A stretch of DNA of 64,000 bases from a virus (IMGVR_UViG_3300028833_000074:32001-96000); one strand, 5' to 3'; shown: positions 53,597-61,375, counted from the stretch's first letter. The notes: a model not told the origin generated them from the letters alone. Made by a program: numbers and translations.

Positions 53597-55387
53597 TCAC
53601 ATCAATGTTGTTTGTTTGTATTGATTTTCATGAACGATTGGGATATCATCAAAAGCACCAGCCCATATTAATGATTCTCTAACTCTTTTGTTACATGCAC
53701 GTGGAGCAATACGTAAACAAAAGTCTTCAAATGATAAAAATTTACCCTTTTTACGTTCTCGTAAGATTGCTTGAGATATTTTATTAGATACATTAGCAAC
53801 CAAATTTAAGCCCATATAAATTTTATTATCAGCAATAATTGTATTTGCTTCACTAATATTAATATTTGGTCCACATAATTCCGCATCACTTTCTTTTATC
53901 ATATTTAAAATCTCTACACGTTTTTCTTCTTCTTTAGTATTTTGGAGCATTGCAATTGCAAATTCCAAAGGATAATAAGTTTTCAACCATGCAGATTGAT
54001 AAGACACAGCAGAATATGAATAACAATGTGCTTTGTTGAAAGAATATTCAGAAGCATTTTCAATATCTGACCACAATTTCTCTGCCACTTCTTTTTGAAC
54101 ATTATTATCTATACAACCTTGTATAAATTTAGGTTTATATAAGTCAAAGGCTTCTTTTTTCTTTTTGGATACTGCTCTACGTAAATTATCTGTGTCAAGG
54201 TCAGACATACCGGCAAGTTGATTAGCCACTTGCATAATATTTTCTTGATATATCATAAGACCGAATGTATCACCAAGAATATCTTGTAAACGTGGGTCTG
54301 CATATGTAACTTCTTTCCTACCAAATTTATAATCACAATAAAGGTCTAAATAACCACTATTTCTTGCTCCGGGCCTAATAAGTGCAATAACATCCATTAA
54401 TTCGTTAAAATTATCTGGATGTATTTGCTTTGTACCAGATATACCAGCACCTTGTTCTAATTGAAAAATACCCATTGTATTACGATTGATTGTTTCAAAA
54501 ACTTTTGGGTCATCAAAATCATAAGGCAAATGAACATCATCATCAATTAATTCTAAAGTGTCCTTATGAATATCTAATACTGCCACACCAAGACAGTCAT
54601 TCTTTAGAAAACCCATCGCTTCACATTCACTACCATCATTAGAGATAACATCCTTACCAGTTACTGATATAGTTGAACAATAATTATCAATATCACCATC
54701 AAGAATTATCATACCACCGGCATGCACCCCATATGATTTAGTCAAACCGACAAGGTCATCAATATAATCTCTAACTTCAGTATGTTCATTTAAAAAATCC
54801 ATAACTTTAACATTATCATGATAATCTTCATTAGGTGCTAAATAAGATGTAACCTTGTTAACAACTTGAAAGTCAATACCTTGTCTTGCTGATAAATCCT
54901 TGATTAGCATTTTAGGTGTAAATTTTAATTTTGTTATCATTTGCCCAGTACATTCTTCACCATATATATCACGAATATATTGTAAGGCTTCATCTCTTTG
55001 TGATGAAGCAAAATCTGAATCTATATCCGGTAATGATGTCATTACTCTTGTTTTATTTAGAAAACGAGAAAATGATAATCCAAAGCCTTTGGGTGGAAGT
55101 TTAGTAATGTTTAATGCATAACAAACCACACTACCTACTGCAGAACCCCTACCGGCACTTCTAATAATACCTTTATCATCCAAGTAAGCAAGAATATAAG
55201 CAGTATTTAAAAAAAAGTTTTCCAAACCACAATCAAATATTACATTCAATTCATATTCTAATTGTGATTGGTACCATTCATCATCGCCAACACCTTTAAT
55301 GCGTAAACCACGTTGGCACATTTGTTTGATAAAATTTTTGTTATCTTCTTCAAAATCAAAAAAAGTTTGTTGCGCATCTCTTATCAT
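53597..55387 (-). CDS. dnaE: DNA polymerase III alpha (family C) catalytic core
   Basis: GRGSAVGS, PDIDSDF, HAGG, KNDCLG, GIFQLE, ALIRPG, YQE, YSFNKAH, AGAFD. Confidence 0.95.
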   Translation of the reverse strand: MIRDAQQTFFDFEEDNKNFIKQMCQRGLRIKGVGDDEWYQSQLEYELNVIFDCGLENFFLNTAYILAYLDDKGIIRSAGRGSAVGSVVCYALNITKLPPKGFGLSFSRFLNKTRVMTSLPDIDSDFASSQRDEALQYIRDIYGEECTGQMITKLKFTPKMLIKDLSARQGIDFQVVNKVTSYLAPNEDYHDNVKVMDFLNEHTEVRDYIDDLVGLTKSYGVHAGGMIILDGDIDNYCSTISVTGKDVISNDGSECEAMGFLKNDCLGVAVLDIHKDTLELIDDDVHLPYDFDDPKVFETINRNTMGIFQLEQGAGISGTKQIHPDNFNELMDVIALIRPGARNSGYLDLYCDYKFGRKEVTYADPRLQDILGDTFGLMIYQENIMQVANQLAGMSDLDTDNLRRAVSKKKKEAFDLYKPKFIQGCIDNNVQKEVAEKLWSDIENASEYSFNKAHCYSYSAVSYQSAWLKTYYPLEFAIAMLQNTKEEEKRVEILNMIKESDAELCGPNINISEANTIIADNKIYMGLNLVANVSNKISQAILRERKKGKFLSFEDFCLRIAPRACNKRVRESLIWAGAFDDIPIVHENQYKQTTLM

Positions 55388-55396
55388 ACTATCCCC

Positions 55397-56335
55397 CTAA
55401 TAAATTTTATTGCAAAATATTTTTTTAAATTTTTTATGTTGAGTAAAATTTGGAATAATTCTTTCATATTCTGGCATCTCAAAATAGCATTTTTCTGCAA
55501 TTTTATGTGTATTGTCAATGCAAGTTTGTATCAACTTGTCATCTTCTAATCCACTTTGATGCGCAAATTGATATGAATAGTCACTATTGCCTAAAATATT
55601 ACTAATTAATGTTTCGTTAATTTCGCTCTCTGGCTTTTTCCAATTGATAGATTGTATTTTCCTTCTTAATTTTCTGTCTTCATCCAATAGGACATGACTA
55701 TCAAAGGTATTAATAATGTATTTTGCATCTGTATCTTCATATAATTCTACCAATTTATTGTTTAAATAATTTTGAACCGGCAATCCAGTTTTATCATCAA
55801 TGTATGTTGGGTGATATTGCAATTCAACTGCAACATTGTCTTTTCCAAAGTAATCTAATAATTTATTGAAAAAATCATATGCTATATCATCTTTTTGATT
55901 TAAAAAGCATTGATTGATGTAAGAAAGTGAGCAAGCAGTTGATACAAAAATGCCTTCTGGATTGGTATTAAATAAAACTGGATGTGGCAATAAAGGTTTG
56001 TAATAAAAATGCTGTTTAACTGATAATCTTTGCATTTTTCTAATACTTTTAGCACCTCGCTCATTCATAGCCAACAAGACTAAATGATATCGTGTTTGAC
56101 CTTGTGGCTTACCCATCATAGTTTTACAATAAAATTCATTTCCAAACAATGGTTTAACATTGGTATCTTTACATGCTTCCTTTAGGGCATACCAATTCGC
56201 AAGACTACCATGGTCTGTAACTGCTACATATTCTTGCTCATAAATTTGAATTTGATTAATTAATTCTGGCACTTTAATGACAGAATCACCTACAGATGCA
56301 TCAGTATGTAAATGTAAATTTACGAAATTATCCAT
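55397..56335 (-). CDS. Stand-alone PHP domain of DNA polymerase III alpha
   Basis: HLHTD.S..D, TDHG, GNE, HLVLLA, TAC, ELQ.H, DSH metal ligands intact. Confidence 0.92.
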   Translation of the reverse strand: MDNFVNLHLHTDASVGDSVIKVPELINQIQIYEQEYVAVTDHGSLANWYALKEACKDTNVKPLFGNEFYCKTMMGKPQGQTRYHLVLLAMNERGAKSIRKMQRLSVKQHFYYKPLLPHPVLFNTNPEGIFVSTACSLSYINQCFLNQKDDIAYDFFNKLLDYFGKDNVAVELQYHPTYIDDKTGLPVQNYLNNKLVELYEDTDAKYIINTFDSHVLLDEDRKLRRKIQSINWKKPESEINETLISNILGNSDYSYQFAHQSGLEDDKLIQTCIDNTHKIAEKCYFEMPEYERIIPNFTQHKKFKKIFCNKIY

Positions 56336-56344
56336 ACTCTCACC

Positions 56345-56545
56345 TTAAAATTTGGCTATATCTTTAATCCCAAATAAAATATCTGGTTCCGGAAAATCAA
56401 TACAAGTAATTTCATTATTGATATCTCGATGAACTACAATGCCATATTTAGCAGTTTCAACTGTAACCGAATTTTTACTTGGGATTTTATATATAGACCA
56501 TATATCATTTGTTTGATTATATATAATATCGTACTTTTGCATCAT
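56345..56545 (-). CDS. Hypothetical protein
   Basis: 66 aa, coupled to neighbours. Confidence 0.55.
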   Translation of the reverse strand: MMQKYDIIYNQTNDIWSIYKIPSKNSVTVETAKYGIVVHRDINNEITCIDFPEPDILFGIKDIAKF

Positions 56546-57423
56546 TTTTTATTCCCTTTAGCATTTGCTTTTGGGAATATTAAATCATACACTTTATCAT
56601 ATTGTAAATCAATTGTTTCTTCTTTATTATTTGCGCTCATAAATACTTGTTTTTTACCAACAGAGAAGATATTAGACCTATCTTTTCTAATAGTTGCAAC
56701 ATAATCTTCTACATTAACATCTTCTACACTTGGTATTTTTTCGATTGTTAATCTCATAGAACATTCATCTATAAGTCTTTGTTTAACAGAAGATAAATCC
56801 TTACCTTGCTCTACAAGTTCTGGTATAAAATCAGAATGAGTTACATAAATGACCGGAGTATCAAGACTCATGAATGCTGAAGTACATTCTCTAAAAAATT
56901 TATTTCTAATTTTCCATACACTTAATTGTGCGCCTTGGTCAGCATCAAGATTCTTTTCTAATCTCATTCTTGCTTCAGCATATTCAAGTAAAAATGAAAC
57001 ACCATCAAGAATAACACCCTTAACATGAATATCTTGTTCTAATGCTTGTCTAACTGCTTCGGCTGCAGATGTAACATTATTAACAATAGTTTCTTCATCC
57101 TTAACAGTTGCACCTTTCTCATTTTCGGTAAAAGCATCTGGATTATATATTCTAATATTACCAGATTGATATTCATCTAAATAAAATGATTGAATGATTT
57201 CTTCACCGCTATTATCAACACTAATATAAACAATAATTTCATCATCCTTTAAATCATAAGTTAATAAATAAAGTGCTAAAGAAGTTTTACCAGTACCATT
57301 CTCACCACTTAATAATATTTTCTTATTAATTTTATCATTTATCTTTTGTTTTTTTGCATCAAAAATTTGTCCAAAAATCTCATCCTTCATTGATTCTTTT
57401 GGTTTACGTGTTTTCTCTCCCAT
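56542..57423 (-). CDS. AAA_24/Sak4-like P-loop ATPase (recombination/annealing)
   Basis: Walker A GENGTGKT, Walker B VILDG, YVTH. Confidence 0.75.
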   Translation of the reverse strand: MGEKTRKPKESMKDEIFGQIFDAKKQKINDKINKKILLSGENGTGKTSLALYLLTYDLKDDEIIVYISVDNSGEEIIQSFYLDEYQSGNIRIYNPDAFTENEKGATVKDEETIVNNVTSAAEAVRQALEQDIHVKGVILDGVSFLLEYAEARMRLEKNLDADQGAQLSVWKIRNKFFRECTSAFMSLDTPVIYVTHSDFIPELVEQGKDLSSVKQRLIDECSMRLTIEKIPSVEDVNVEDYVATIRKDRSNIFSVGKKQVFMSANNKEETIDLQYDKVYDLIFPKANAKGNKK

Positions 57424-57424
57424 A

Positions 57425-57628
57425 TTACGAATTCCCATAGTTTTCCACCTCTTTCATTAATTTTAATAGTCTTGTTTCTTTCTGTTCTATAATAGTTTTA
57501 AGTTTAATTTTCACAAAGATATCTGAAATGTTATTATAATCTTGCACCAGAATCTTGATATCATTAGTCAGAGTTGTCATCTGTCTGTGCAACTCTTGTG
57601 AATAAGGACTTTCGCTCAACATAATCAT
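57425..57628 (-). CDS. Hypothetical coiled-coil protein
   Basis: Short ORF packed in the operon; start uncertain. Confidence 0.45.
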   Translation of the reverse strand: MIMLSESPYSQELHRQMTTLTNDIKILVQDYNNISDIFVKIKLKTIIEQKETRLLKLMKEVENYGNS

Positions 57629-57788
57629 CTGTAATTGTATTCAGTTCATCAATAATAATCCCCTTTGTAATGATATGTCTCGCTACGACTAAATCATTTT
57701 CAAGAATTTGAATTCGAGAACGCACTTCTCGAGTGCGTATCTCAAATAAAGTATAAGGGTTTGATAAATCTTCTGGGGTATATCCCAT
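57564..57788 (-). CDS. Hypothetical coiled-coil protein
   Basis: TAATG coupling to the upstream gene. Confidence 0.55.
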   Translation of the reverse strand: MGYTPEDLSNPYTLFEIRTREVRSRIQILENDLVVARHIITKGIIIDELNTITDDYVERKSLFTRVAQTDDNSD

Positions 57789-58747
57789 TATAAATCATCC
57801 TCAATTGGTAAAAATCCACCACAATTGTACCTTAAAGTACCATCTCTACGTGGTGTAACATTCATAAATAAGATACCATCAATACCATCGGTAATGTTTA
57901 ATCCAGCAAAAGATGTTGGATGCACCCATACGATAAAGTCATCATCTTCTGTTTCAAAGTTGATTGAGATATCTCTTGTTGGGTCTTCATTAGGGAAGAT
58001 ATCCATACAAGTTGCTCTAACACCAATAAAAGCGTTTTTATCGTATTTTTTATCTTCAAGGTATTTTAATCCATCAATCATACTGTCAAATATGATATCT
58101 CCAAAGAATTGTTCAACATATCCAAGATAAATTTTAACTGCATCTTCATCATATGCATCTACATCTTCAAGAACAGTTGCCCCATTGAAATAAAGAATGT
58201 TTGCGTTTTTAACAAGTTGACCAGATTTTTTACCTTCTTTAAAAGTAAATTTGGATTCTTTACAAACCGGTAATACTTTGTCCATTGCATAACTACCGAT
58301 TGATACATCTCTTGCGACAATACCTTCATCGGTTTGGAAGATACCTACAGCACTACCATAAATTGCTTTCTTATCAATGACTTCACCTTTACTAAATCCT
58401 TGGGTATGAATATATTCGCCTTGTTCATTAGCCATACCCTTTTTGATAGCATTTTCAAGACCATTTTCCTTGACATATCTGTCTACTTGGTTCCAAGCAT
58501 AAAGATTGTATTCTTGGTCTGGGAATCTCATGATAATGAAACCATCCATTCTTTGACCAGATTGCACTAATCTTCTTAAACTACCACGTGTTTTTCTCAA
58601 AGAACGAATTATTTTCTTGTTTTCATCCATGTCTTCTGGCATACCTTCAAAAATTTCTTGATAGATTCTTTCCATTTCTGATTCATTTATACCATGTTTT
58701 TCCGCAAATTCTTGATTTTTTTGTTTCTCTGTGTCAATACTACTCAT
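57788..58747 (-). CDS. Putative ssDNA-binding (OB-fold) protein
   Basis: GGAGG RBS; first gene of the replication operon, near the Sak4-like ATPase; beta-rich C-terminal half, acidic end. Function inferred from context. Confidence 0.4.
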   Translation of the reverse strand: MSSIDTEKQKNQEFAEKHGINESEMERIYQEIFEGMPEDMDENKKIIRSLRKTRGSLRRLVQSGQRMDGFIIMRFPDQEYNLYAWNQVDRYVKENGLENAIKKGMANEQGEYIHTQGFSKGEVIDKKAIYGSAVGIFQTDEGIVARDVSIGSYAMDKVLPVCKESKFTFKEGKKSGQLVKNANILYFNGATVLEDVDAYDEDAVKIYLGYVEQFFGDIIFDSMIDGLKYLEDKKYDKNAFIGVRATCMDIFPNEDPTRDISINFETEDDDFIVWVHPTSFAGLNITDGIDGILFMNVTPRRDGTLRYNCGGFLPIEDDL

Positions 58748-58797
58748 AAATTTTACCTCCTTTAAAATTGATTGACATATTAATATATCCACTTAAT

Positions 58798-58825
58798 CAT
58801 ATATAAATGTTGTGGTTTATATATG
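58798..58825. promoter_or_regulatory. Divergent pair of TATA boxes
   Basis: TTTATATATG on minus (58807-58798) and on plus (58816-58825). Confidence 0.8.
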
Positions 58826-58845
58826 TTAGAAAAACAAGTATTATT

Positions 58846-59442
58846 ATGGATAGCAGAGAAAACTTTTATATTAATAATTATGCTTTTTTTGGGTCTACAA
58901 CGCAAAAACATTGTGGATTAAGCAATCAAGAAAGCAAGGCTATCAAGGAAAAATATAAGAAAAGAGGAGTATATATGCTACCGATACGAAGAATGGCAGA
59001 AGATAAATTACCAAGTAAAAATGGTAAGCAAACAGAATTTAGTGCCATCACTTTCGCAGTATCAAGTTTGGATATTGAAGACCAAGAAAAAATTATTGAA
59101 TTGGCAAAAAATATGCCAGAACCGGAGTCTTTAATTGACCAAAGCATAGCAATCCAACAATATAGAGTTAAAGTGGGATTGCAAAATGAATATGACCAAG
59201 GCAGATTGCTTGATACAACTGAAACAGCAATCAGTAATTTAATTAATATGATTCAAGCAAAAAAAACTATATCTGATGGTCAAGAAGTTAATCTTAATGT
59301 GAAAAGCACAATATCTTCATTGATTGATGAAATTGATGACGAAGAGAAAGAAGATATAATTAATATTGATATTGATGAAATTAATCGCAAAGAAGCGCTC
59401 AAAGAATTAAGATTAAAAGATATTGATAACATTAAAGAATGA
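58846..59442 (+). CDS. Helical protein, possible terminase small subunit
   Basis: ATG about 22 nt after the TATA box (leaderless); helical core then DGQEVNLNV and an acidic tail, a TerS-like layout. Confidence 0.4.
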   Translation: MDSRENFYINNYAFFGSTTQKHCGLSNQESKAIKEKYKKRGVYMLPIRRMAEDKLPSKNGKQTEFSAITFAVSSLDIEDQEKIIELAKNMPEPESLIDQSIAIQQYRVKVGLQNEYDQGRLLDTTETAISNLINMIQAKKTISDGQEVNLNVKSTISSLIDEIDDEEKEDIINIDIDEINRKEALKELRLKDIDNIKE

Positions 59443-59451
59443 GGCGATAAC

Positions 59452-59736
59452 ATGGCTGATAATGAGGAAATTTCTAAAGAAGAATTTATAAATGAAATGG
59501 AAAAATTTGAAAAAGAAACAGCACGTAAAATTTTAGAATTAATGGAAAATGAACAATATATGTTACCGGTAACTGTATTAGGATTAATTAGTATTGTACG
59601 TGCATTAATTGAAAATTTTGGAAACGAAGCATTAAGAGAAGAAGCAACTCATTTCCTTAATTTAGATACAAGCAAATTACACGAAATGTCATCTGATATT
59701 CCAGAAGCGGATGATATTGTTAAAGAAGAAGAATAA
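59452..59736 (+). CDS. Hypothetical acidic protein
   Basis: GAGG RBS, 94 aa. Confidence 0.6.
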   Translation: MADNEEISKEEFINEMEKFEKETARKILELMENEQYMLPVTVLGLISIVRALIENFGNEALREEATHFLNLDTSKLHEMSSDIPEADDIVKEEE

Positions 59737-59738
59737 AT

Positions 59739-59766
59739 AAAAAAAAGCCCACCTAAAAAGGTGGGC
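59739..59766 (-). terminator. Hairpin + U-tract between convergent units
   Basis: GCCCACC-loop-GGTGGGC with an A8 run on its left (U-tract on minus). Confidence 0.75.
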
Positions 59767-59787
59767 CAAAAAGGAATAACAAATGAG

Positions 59788-60003
59788 TTAACATGATTTA
59801 ATAACTTGTAAACTTGTTTTAAATTGATAAGTATCAATTAATTGTCTATTAAAAATTTTATATTTATGAACAATATATAAATTATCTTTTTTTGTAATAA
59901 TATAAGCAATATTATTATCCTTATAATATATTAATTCATATTTATCAATAGTATCAAAATCATCTTTTTTTAAACTACGATTAAAAACTATCATTGTACA
60001 CAC
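59788..60003 (-). CDS. Hypothetical protein
   Basis: 71 aa ORF downstream of the tRNA cluster. Confidence 0.4.
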   Translation of the reverse strand: MCTMIVFNRSLKKDDFDTIDKYELIYYKDNNIAYIITKKDNLYIVHKYKIFNRQLIDTYQFKTSLQVIKSC

Positions 60004-60013
60004 ATCTTATCAA

Positions 60014-60086
60014 AGCTACATGAGAGACTTGAACTCTCGACATCCAGATTACAAGTCTGGCGGTCTACCAACTAACCTAATGTAGC
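60014..60086 (-). tRNA. tRNA-Thr(UGU)
   Basis: GCTACAT/ATGTAGC acceptor, CCAGA-CTTGTAA-TCTGG anticodon arm, GAGAG-TTCAAGT-CTCTC T arm, U73, no encoded CCA. Confidence 0.95.
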
Positions 60087-60100
60087 ATAGGTGGTGTTAA

Positions 60101-60177
60101 TTTTACTTCTTAACCCAAGAAGACTTTTTATGACTCTTATATACGAATGTGGGGGTAAAAATATATAAGTCTTGTCA
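60101..60177 (-). ncRNA. Structured RNA motif, copy 1
   Basis: TGACAAGA-CTTATATA[loop]TATATAAG-AGTCA-TAAAAAGT-CTTCTT[loop]AAGAAG-TAAAA. Confidence 0.65.
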
Positions 60178-60198
60178 GTAGGACGATATTATGAGTCT

Positions 60199-60270
60199 TT
60201 TTACTTCTCTACTTCAGAAGACTTTTAACGACTCTTATAGTAAAACATAAAAAAACTATAAGTCTTGTCA
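60199..60270 (-). ncRNA. Structured RNA motif, copy 2
   Basis: TGACAAGA-CTTATAG[loop]CTATAAG-AGTCG-TTAAAAGT-CTTCT[loop]AGAAG-TAAAA; compensatory change relative to copy 1. Confidence 0.65.
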
Positions 60271-60310
60271 AGGAGTTAAAAAATTACAATTTGCAATGAA
60301 GTGAAAATTT

Positions 60311-60400
60311 ATAAGCCCCGATTACATAATCCCAAAAAATTAAATCATGATAACTTATTATTATATCCTTTCGGATAACGAGGCTTATTATATCATGATT
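60311..60400 (-). ncRNA. Candidate pseudoknotted RNA with a GAAA tetraloop
   Basis: Interleaved 10-bp stems AATCATGATA/TATCATGATT and ATAAGCCTCG/CGGGGCTTAT; TATCC-GAAA-GGATA. Confidence 0.5.
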
Positions 60401-60403
60401 AAG

Positions 60404-60475
60404 TCAGTATAAGTGGATTTGCACCACTATCTCCCACCACGTGTATTGGGTGTTTTACTATTAAACTATATACTG
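60404..60475 (-). ncRNA. tRNA-like cloverleaf with a non-canonical anticodon arm
   Basis: CAGTATA/TATACTG acceptor, GTTT/AAAC D stem, AGTGG-TGCAAAT-CCACT T arm; CCCA-ATACACGTGG-TGGG has no 7-nt loop or U33. Confidence 0.75.
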
Positions 60476-60476
60476 A

Positions 60477-60567
60477 TTATGTCGAATGGGGAAAGGAAAT
60501 GATTTAATGATTAGTACACCTAACAATTGTGCATAGTAAACGAAGGTAAAAAACCCATTCGACATAA
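60477..60567 (-). ncRNA. Candidate RNA: 14-bp closing stem with a large internal loop
   Basis: Perfect TTATGTCGAATGGG/CCCATTCGACATAA; inner TGCAC/GTGTA hairpin. Confidence 0.55.
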
Positions 60568-60608
60568 CGACAGTTGAATTCGAGAAATGGAGAAATAACA
60601 TGCTCCAA

Positions 60609-60681
60609 AGCCACAGACCGGAATCGAACCGGCACTCTACGACTTACGAAGTCGTCGCATTGCCAATTATGCTACTGTGGC
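60609..60681 (-). tRNA. tRNA-Thr(CGU)
   Basis: GCCACAG/CTGTGGC acceptor, ACGAC-TTCGTAA-GTCGT anticodon arm, GCCGG-TTCGATT-CCGGT T arm, U73, no CCA. Confidence 0.95.
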
Positions 60682-60691
60682 GGACAAAGGC

Positions 60692-61021
60692 TTAAACACC
60701 TTCATCCCCAATCATGTCATCAAAGGCATGTTCATCATTACCAGCAATATATCTTGTTCCAGCAGTAATTATACCATCAGTAATTTGTGGAGCAGTATAC
60801 GCTGTAATAGCGGCCACATACCAATTACTGAATAATTCTGGTTGAGAATAGGATAAAGCAATTGCTGCTAATACACCTACAATAATAGTTGTAATTGAAC
60901 CAAGATTAAAACTAATCTCTTTTCCATTACGATAAAATGTAGGCAATACAAAACTACCTTTCATAATGACCAGTCTAAAGATTATTGCAATAATTATTGC
61001 AACATAAATAGTACTATTCAA
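60692..61021 (-). CDS. Small multi-TM membrane protein (holin-like)
   Basis: GGAGGA RBS before TTG 61021; two to three hydrophobic helices and an acidic tail. Confidence 0.55.
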   Translation of the reverse strand: MNSTIYVAIIIAIIFRLVIMKGSFVLPTFYRNGKEISFNLGSITTIIVGVLAAIALSYSQPELFSNWYVAAITAYTAPQITDGIITAGTRYIAGNDEHAFDDMIGDEGV

Positions 61022-61047
61022 AATAGTTCCTCCTACGTATGCTATAT

Positions 61048-61065
61048 ACATATATAACTTTTCTT
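61048..61065 (-). promoter_or_regulatory. BRE-TATA promoter upstream of the membrane gene and RNA cluster
   Basis: AAGAAAAG-TTATATATG. Confidence 0.65.
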
Positions 61066-61069
61066 ATAT

Positions 61070-61375
61070 TTAAATATTTTGGTTTTTTAACTCATCACAA
61101 TCAAATTTCAAATTAGCAAAATTACCATCAATATTCAAAGTGACATGCATAGTATTATTATCATCAATAATAATGTTTTCAACTTGAATGTTATTAATAT
61201 TATGGCATCCGCCTAATCTTTGCAATAGATTAGGAAAAAGTATAGATGCCAATTCATTGTTAATAAATTCAAATTCAATACCACTTTTTAATCTAACAAT
61301 CTTGCTGTTATTTTGATTATATTCTTTATGACAAACGATAAATAAATCGTCATCAATAATATCAGTTTGTAACAT
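61070..61375 (-). CDS. Hypothetical protein
   Basis: 101 aa, coupled to the upstream gene. Confidence 0.55.
   Translation of the reverse strand: MLQTDIIDDDLFIVCHKEYNQNNSKIVRLKSGIEFEFINNELASILFPNLLQRLGGCHNINNIQVENIIIDDNNTMHVTLNIDGNFANLKFDCDELKNQNI

Noticed and set aside
53597-56335. Split intein or frameshift joining the DnaE pieces
   Set aside because: No intein terminal motifs; each piece has its own RBS, start and stop
5461-58570. Many 60-180 aa ORFs nested in or antisense to long genes (e.g. 30597-31148, 34946-35296, 42893-43288, 49682-50014)
   Set aside because: Shadow frames of real genes, without RBS or recognisable motifs
60101-60270. CRISPR mini-array
   Set aside because: Only two units, and the variable parts are short hairpin loops rather than spacers of uniform length; no cas operon (the Cas4-like gene is in a replication context)
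60180-60330. Hatchet ribozyme or fluoride riboswitch resemblance (GGGGCTTATA; GAGTC...GACTC)
   Set aside because: The remaining conserved core nucleotides are absent
60421-60491. HDV-like/theta ribozyme on the plus strand (TCCCA...CGAATGGG)
   Set aside because: P1 is only about 4 bp, L3 and P1.1 do not fit, and the bases are better explained by the minus-strand cloverleaf and the 14-bp stem
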